Under the pieces are notes generated by a model. The model was not told the DNA's origin. It ran no database searches and saw nothing but the letters and a program-made list of their open reading frames with translations. From Chiloscyllium plagiosum (lineage: Eukaryota): a stretch of DNA of 64,000 bases. Made by a program: the position numbers and the translations under genes. Positions 58,931 through 64,000 of this stretch are shown piece after piece; within the stretch, counting starts at the first letter, position 1; the number at the start of each line of letters is the position of its first letter. Where the stretch lies: assembly GCF_004010195.1 (NCBI RefSeq), contig NC_057753.1:1166890-1230889 (forward strand). The letters run 5' to 3'.

Positions 58931-59399
58931 GAAAATCAAGGCAGATGCAGTATAATTTGTTTCAATGTGGAGCTATTCAGTTTGGAAGCATAAACCAAGA
59001 AAGACCATTACTACCTGAATGACTGTTAATTGGCAGAGTAAAGTGTTCAGCGGGACCTGAGGTGGCACAGTGGCGTAGTGGTTAGCTTAGTTGCCTCATA
59101 GCCCCAGAGGTTGAAATCCAGTATTCATGACTTTGAGGTGGAATCTATTGGAAGCCAACGTAGAAGCAGGGAATTGCAGCTTTTCCCAAATGTACCTCTG
59201 GTGCCATTCGATACCAAAAACAGTCGCTGCAACTTCCATTGTGAATGCCAGTCACCAATGCTCAATTATAGGAAGGATGTTCTCAACTTGGAGACACTCA
59301 AGTCTTAGAATACCTTCACTGTAGAAACTGTCCATTTGGGCCCACAATTCTACAAAGACCAATTCTACAAAGACCTTGACTCACCCCCATGGCTTATGC

Positions 59400-59626
59400 A
59401 CTTTCCTACACATCCCTGTCCACTATGGGCAATTTAACATGACCAATCGAACAAAATTACACGTCCTTAGAATGTGAGAGGAAACCGGAACACTGAGAGG
59501 GAACTCTCGGAGTCACGAGGAGAATGTGCAAAACCCACACAACCAGTCGCCCAAGGCTGGAATTGAACGCTGTCCATTAGCGCTCTGAGGCAGCTAAGCT
59601 GACTGCTGAGCTCCCGTGCCGCCCCA
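59400..59626 (-). mobile_element. HE1/V-SINE-like SINE
   Basis: Reverse complement of the head (cgtgccgcccc at about 59615-59625) and central domain. Confidence 0.75.
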
Positions 59627-59833
59627 GATCCCACTCAGTGTTCTCCTCTCTCAATTTACAGTCATTCGAGTAGTAATGCTCCTTCTTGTTTTGCACGTCC
59701 AAAGTGAATAACCTCTCATTTATCCAAATTATGCTGTGTCTGCCATTAATTTACACACTCACCCAACCTTTCCAGATCATACTGGAGGATCGCTGCATAC
59801 TCGTCACAGTTCACCCTCCCACCCAAGTTGGTA

Positions 59834-60003
59834 TCATTTTCATGCTTTGTGTTGTTATATTTTGTTCCCTCATACAAATCATCTGACCTGCTGTGCTGTT
59901 CCAGCAATAAAGTTTCAACTTTGATCTCCAGCATCTGCAGACCTCACTTTCTCCTCATTTTCATGCTTTGTGTTGTTATATTTTGTTCCCTCATACAAAT
60001 CAT
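59834..60003. repeat. 49-bp direct duplication flanking a 72-bp Penelope terminus
   Basis: 59834-59882 equals 59955-60003. The insert 59883-59954 ends in gatctccagcatctgcagacctcactttctcc, the Penelope terminus also seen at 10710 and 19076. Confidence 0.92.
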
Positions 60004-61939
60004 TAATATTTATTGTGAATAGTTGAGGTCATAGTACCGATCGCGGTGGCAACCTATTAGTTGCTGCCTGACAGTTTGAAAATGACCTATTAATTCCAAC
60101 TCTTTGCTTCCTCTCTGCCAACTAGTTTTCTCTGCATCTCGCTCAATCTCATACGCTTAAAAAAGACAAATAAATGTTTTCAAGCCACAGCGTTCTTAGA
60201 GAGTGTATCACTGATAGGTCGGTTCTTGATTCGTAAGGGGGTCCAGAGTTACAACAAAAGAATAGTGTTAAGACATGTATCAGCCATGATCAAATGGTGG
60301 AGCAAACTCAAATAGGCTGACGGCCTTACTTAAGTCTTACATGTTATGGTCTTAAGGCTGAAGATTGATTTGTTTTGCACGCTCCTTCCCAGTATTGTGA
60401 TTACGCTCAGTTTGGGTTGTTAATTCTGCTGTAATGTTTCAAAACCTCTTTTTACTACTTATTCCTCCACTTGACGGGCGCACACAGAACCTAACATTAA
60501 GTCAGCTCACAAAAAAAAAACAATTCACAGAACGTTCACATCTTCTCCAAAATGCCCTTAAATATCTCGCTTCTGAATCTACAGCCGCTCATTTTCCGTG
60601 GGTTCTTACTCCAACCACACCATTTTCATGGCTTGGTCAGGAATGCTTAGAATTCCTAATAATGTGGGGAATTTCATACAGAGGCTAATTTAAGATGCAT
60701 TATTAAATTAGGACGCTTTTGTAGAATATTAAACAAGGAAAATATATCAAATGGATCATGTAATCATAATTAAAATGAACCATCGAGACTATAACGTCGT
60801 TATTTTATATATATTTCTTACACTTCAGTGTCTACAAGAATTAGCAGTGTTTATGAAGCTCTCGATTCAGCACGTGACGGGGGAAAAGTCCTGTGTAAAT
60901 GCAAGTTATTTTGTATATTTAATGAATGTCATTACTGCACGCACTCGTCTTCACTTCTTATATTCTGTAAGAGAACATAATTAAACAATTTGAATTAAAG
61001 CAGTCCGTGAAATGCATCAATATTTAAAATGTTATTAGATGTTTCAAATTAAAGATTTCAACCGCTTAAATATTCCGAAGTTAAATATGAACTGGAGTTC
61101 AGACAATCAATATTTGTGCTGTTCTCCACAACATGCAGGCAGATTCGTTCCAATGCCACATTTAGCCAAGCATTATTGCATCACAAGGTAACTAAAAGAC
61201 GAAACTAGCTCGTTTCTGGTCACTTATTTCCATTAACTCCATGCTCCCATATAATTAATAATGAACAAGAAAGAACTTGGAATCACTAAACTCGATCAGA
61301 AAACTTTGCGAAATAAGAGATACAGTAACTTCTCCTAATTATCTGTTCCAATATAGGCAAACCACTGAACACATCCTTGGCAAAAGGCAAATTCTTCAGA
61401 AAGCAGATTTTGTCTCACATGCAATGCAGCAGCTCAGGAAGAGAACCCCCAATCCGCACCTCCCATTCCCAAGCGTTTGGCTGTAATCGAGATAGGGAGA
61501 AATAACTTTCACTTCTTCAAGACGCCAATAGCAACTGTCGAAAGCTAAACTTAATATCTTGAATCTGTGTGTGAGAACTTGACCATGCCCATTCAGGCTG
61601 CTTCCATTGCGCCAGCTTTTAAAAAAAAACCAACACATCACAACTAGTTTATCTTCTCTTAGACTGCTTAGCACCTGTCCACCAATCTTCCTCTCTGTTA
61701 AAGAAACCAGAACAAAACACATCTCTTAAAGCCACAGCAGCATCACCCTTCATAATATCAGGGGAAAAACTTGCATATTTCTGTCAGAAAAATTCTGATA
61801 TTGAAAAGAAAGAGGTATTGAGCGTTTAAAAAAAGACAGCTAAGTCCCCAGACCATAATGGGACCTATTCCAGAATATTCTGCAAAGCAGGAGAACACAT
61901 TGCTGCAACATTGACAGACATCTTGTTTCCTCTTTGGCC

Positions 61940-63670
61940 ACAGGTGATGTCCCAGAGGACTGGAGAATAGCCAACGCAATCTGAATGTTTAAGAAGGGTA
62001 GCAGGGATGATACAGGAAAGTACAGGCCTGTCTCCCACACATCAGTGGTAGGGAACGTATTGGAAAAGATTCTCAGGGACAAGATCTATGCGTATTTAGA
62101 AGTAAATAGATTTATGTACAGGGGAGGTCGTGCCTCAGTATCTTGATCAAGAGTATTTGAGAAGGTGACGAAGTTGATTGAAGAGGGAAAAGCGAATACT
62201 GATGTCTATATGGACTTCAGTAAAACCTTTAAAAATGACCCTCGTGGCAGGCTTGTACAAAAGGTGAACTCACATGGTACCAGGGAGATAGAATTGGCTC
62301 AGTAATAAGAAACAGTGTATTGGTACAAATATGCTTTTTGGAATAGAGGTTGTGTCAAGTGGTGTTCCACAATGATCAGTTCTGGGACCTCTGCTCATTT
62401 GGAGGAATACGTGGCTAGTCTAATTAGTAGGTTTGTGGATGATACAAAGACTGGGGGAGTTGTAGATATTGGCAACGATTGTCAGTGGGTACAGCTGGAA
62501 TCACATCAGTTAGAGGCATCGGCAGAAACCTGGCAGATAGTGTTTAACCTCGATAAATGTGAGGTGGTGCATTTCGAAAGGTACAGTACGGCGGAAATTA
62601 TACACAGAAAGACAGAACTCTTAGAAGTATTGATTTACGGAGCGATCTGTGTGTGCAAGTGTACAGGTCGGCGGCACGCTGGCTCAAAGGGACAGCACGG
62701 TGACTCAGCAATTAGTATTGGTGGCTGACCAGCGCCAAGGACCTTGGTTCGATTCCAGCCTCGGTCGACTGTCTGTATGGCACTCGCACATTCTCCCCGT
62801 GTCTGTGTTGGCTTCCCCGGGTGCTCCGGTTTACTCCCACAATCCAAAAATGTGAAAGGTAGGTGAATTGGCCAAACTAATTTGCCCTCTGTGTTCAGGG
62901 GTCTGTGCATTAGTCGGGGTTAACGAGGTAATAGGTAGGAGAATGTGGTCCGGTTACGTTATTTAACGGAGGCTTGGTGTGGACTTGTTGGGCTGAACGG
63001 CCTGTTTCCAGACTGTAGGGATTCTATGAGGTCACTGAAGGTGACCGCACCGGCAGATAAGACAGTACAAAAGGCCTATGGCATGCTTGCCTTCATTGAA
63101 GGGGCACTGAATATAAGGATAGGCAAGAAATGTTGCATTTTACAGAGCTTTAATTCGGCCACACGTGGAATATTGCTGACAGTTCTGGAAGAAGGATATG
63201 GTTGCTTTGGAGAGGGCACAGAAAAGGTTTCCTGGTATGAGGGATTTTAGACATGCAGAATGTCTGGATAGCTAGGTTCATTTTCGCTGGAACCCAGGAG
63301 GTTGACGGACGACCTGGTAGAAGTTTATTAGATTGTGAATAACATGGTTAAATTGGAAAGCATGAGACTTCTTCTCACTTTGGAAAGGTCAGTTGCTCGG
63401 GGACATAGTTTCAAGTTGAGAGAAAGGAATTTTTAAAGAGATGTCTGAGGCAATGTTTCCATGCAAAGGGAGGTAAATGACTGGAATGCCCTGCCTATGG
63501 AGATGGAAGCAGTCACAATAGTAGCATTCAAAACTACCTCGATGCACGCATGAATGGGAAGCGAATCGAGAGCCACAGATCCTGTAAGTGAAGATAGCAT
63601 GGAAGGGCAAAATATGTTGGCGCAGGATTGGAGGGCCGAAGGACCTGTTCTTAGGCGGTGTTATTCTTTC
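61940..63670 (+). mobile_element. Degraded CR1 LINE (RT to 3' end) containing a nested SINE at about 62669-63027
   Basis: PEDWRIAN...YRPVS remnants, FVDDTK...FNLDKCEVVHF (62315-62728), KAYGMLAFI. SINE head and central domain at 62694-62900. Confidence 0.85.
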
Positions 63671-64000
63671 GTCTTTGTTCTAAAATTCATGACAGAACGC
63701 GACCAACAATATTATTCCAGGCTTGGAAGTAAAATTGTAGCTTTTTGTCATCTTAAGCACCAGCAGTCCACTTCTGTCAAAAGCAATATCTGCAATGAAT
63801 GTGCTGTTGATTGACAACTAGGGTGTTTCTCTTGTCCAAATAATGTCAAATCATTAAGATGTGGATAACACAGTTGAGAAGGAAATTATTGACCATTACA
63901 AGTTGCCCTTGAGAAGGTAGTCAGTCAAAGAACAAAAAACAAAGAAAATTTACAGCCGAGGAACAGGCTGAGCCGATCCAAATCTATTCTCCAGACCGGT

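Noticed and set aside
1-64000. tRNA genes, CRISPR arrays, prokaryotic systems, or a second Ig cluster
   Set aside because: tRNA-like sequences are SINE heads. No repeat-spacer arrays and no additional V, J or C exons were seen.

Overview
Vertebrate (cartilaginous fish) genomic DNA, AT-rich and repeat-dense. The VNAR framework suggests a carpet/bamboo-type shark (inference). The window holds one apparently intact IgNAR heavy-chain-only antibody cluster on the minus strand (about 22.5-52.2 kb). In order: octamer+TATA promoter, leader exon, VNAR exon with a 22-bp-spacer RSS, a single D-J-like segment preceded by a 12-bp-spacer RSS, C1-C5 exons, secretory tail, TM1 and a candidate TM2 exon. All splice phases are consistent. 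Main observation: there are no free D segments. Only two RSSs, about 200 bp apart, lie between V and the J splice donor, so D(s) and J look germline-joined. The cluster would need one V-to-DJ join and would give a nearly fixed CDR3 with two germline cysteines on a V lacking CDR1/FR2/FR4 cysteines. The rest is transposon debris: a decayed L1, many CR1 LINE pieces, HE1/V-SINE-like SINEs, a Gmr1-like Gypsy remnant, and Penelope-like elements with minimal hammerhead ribozyme motifs. One assembly gap lies at 1328-1823. Repeat boundaries were read by eye and are approximate.
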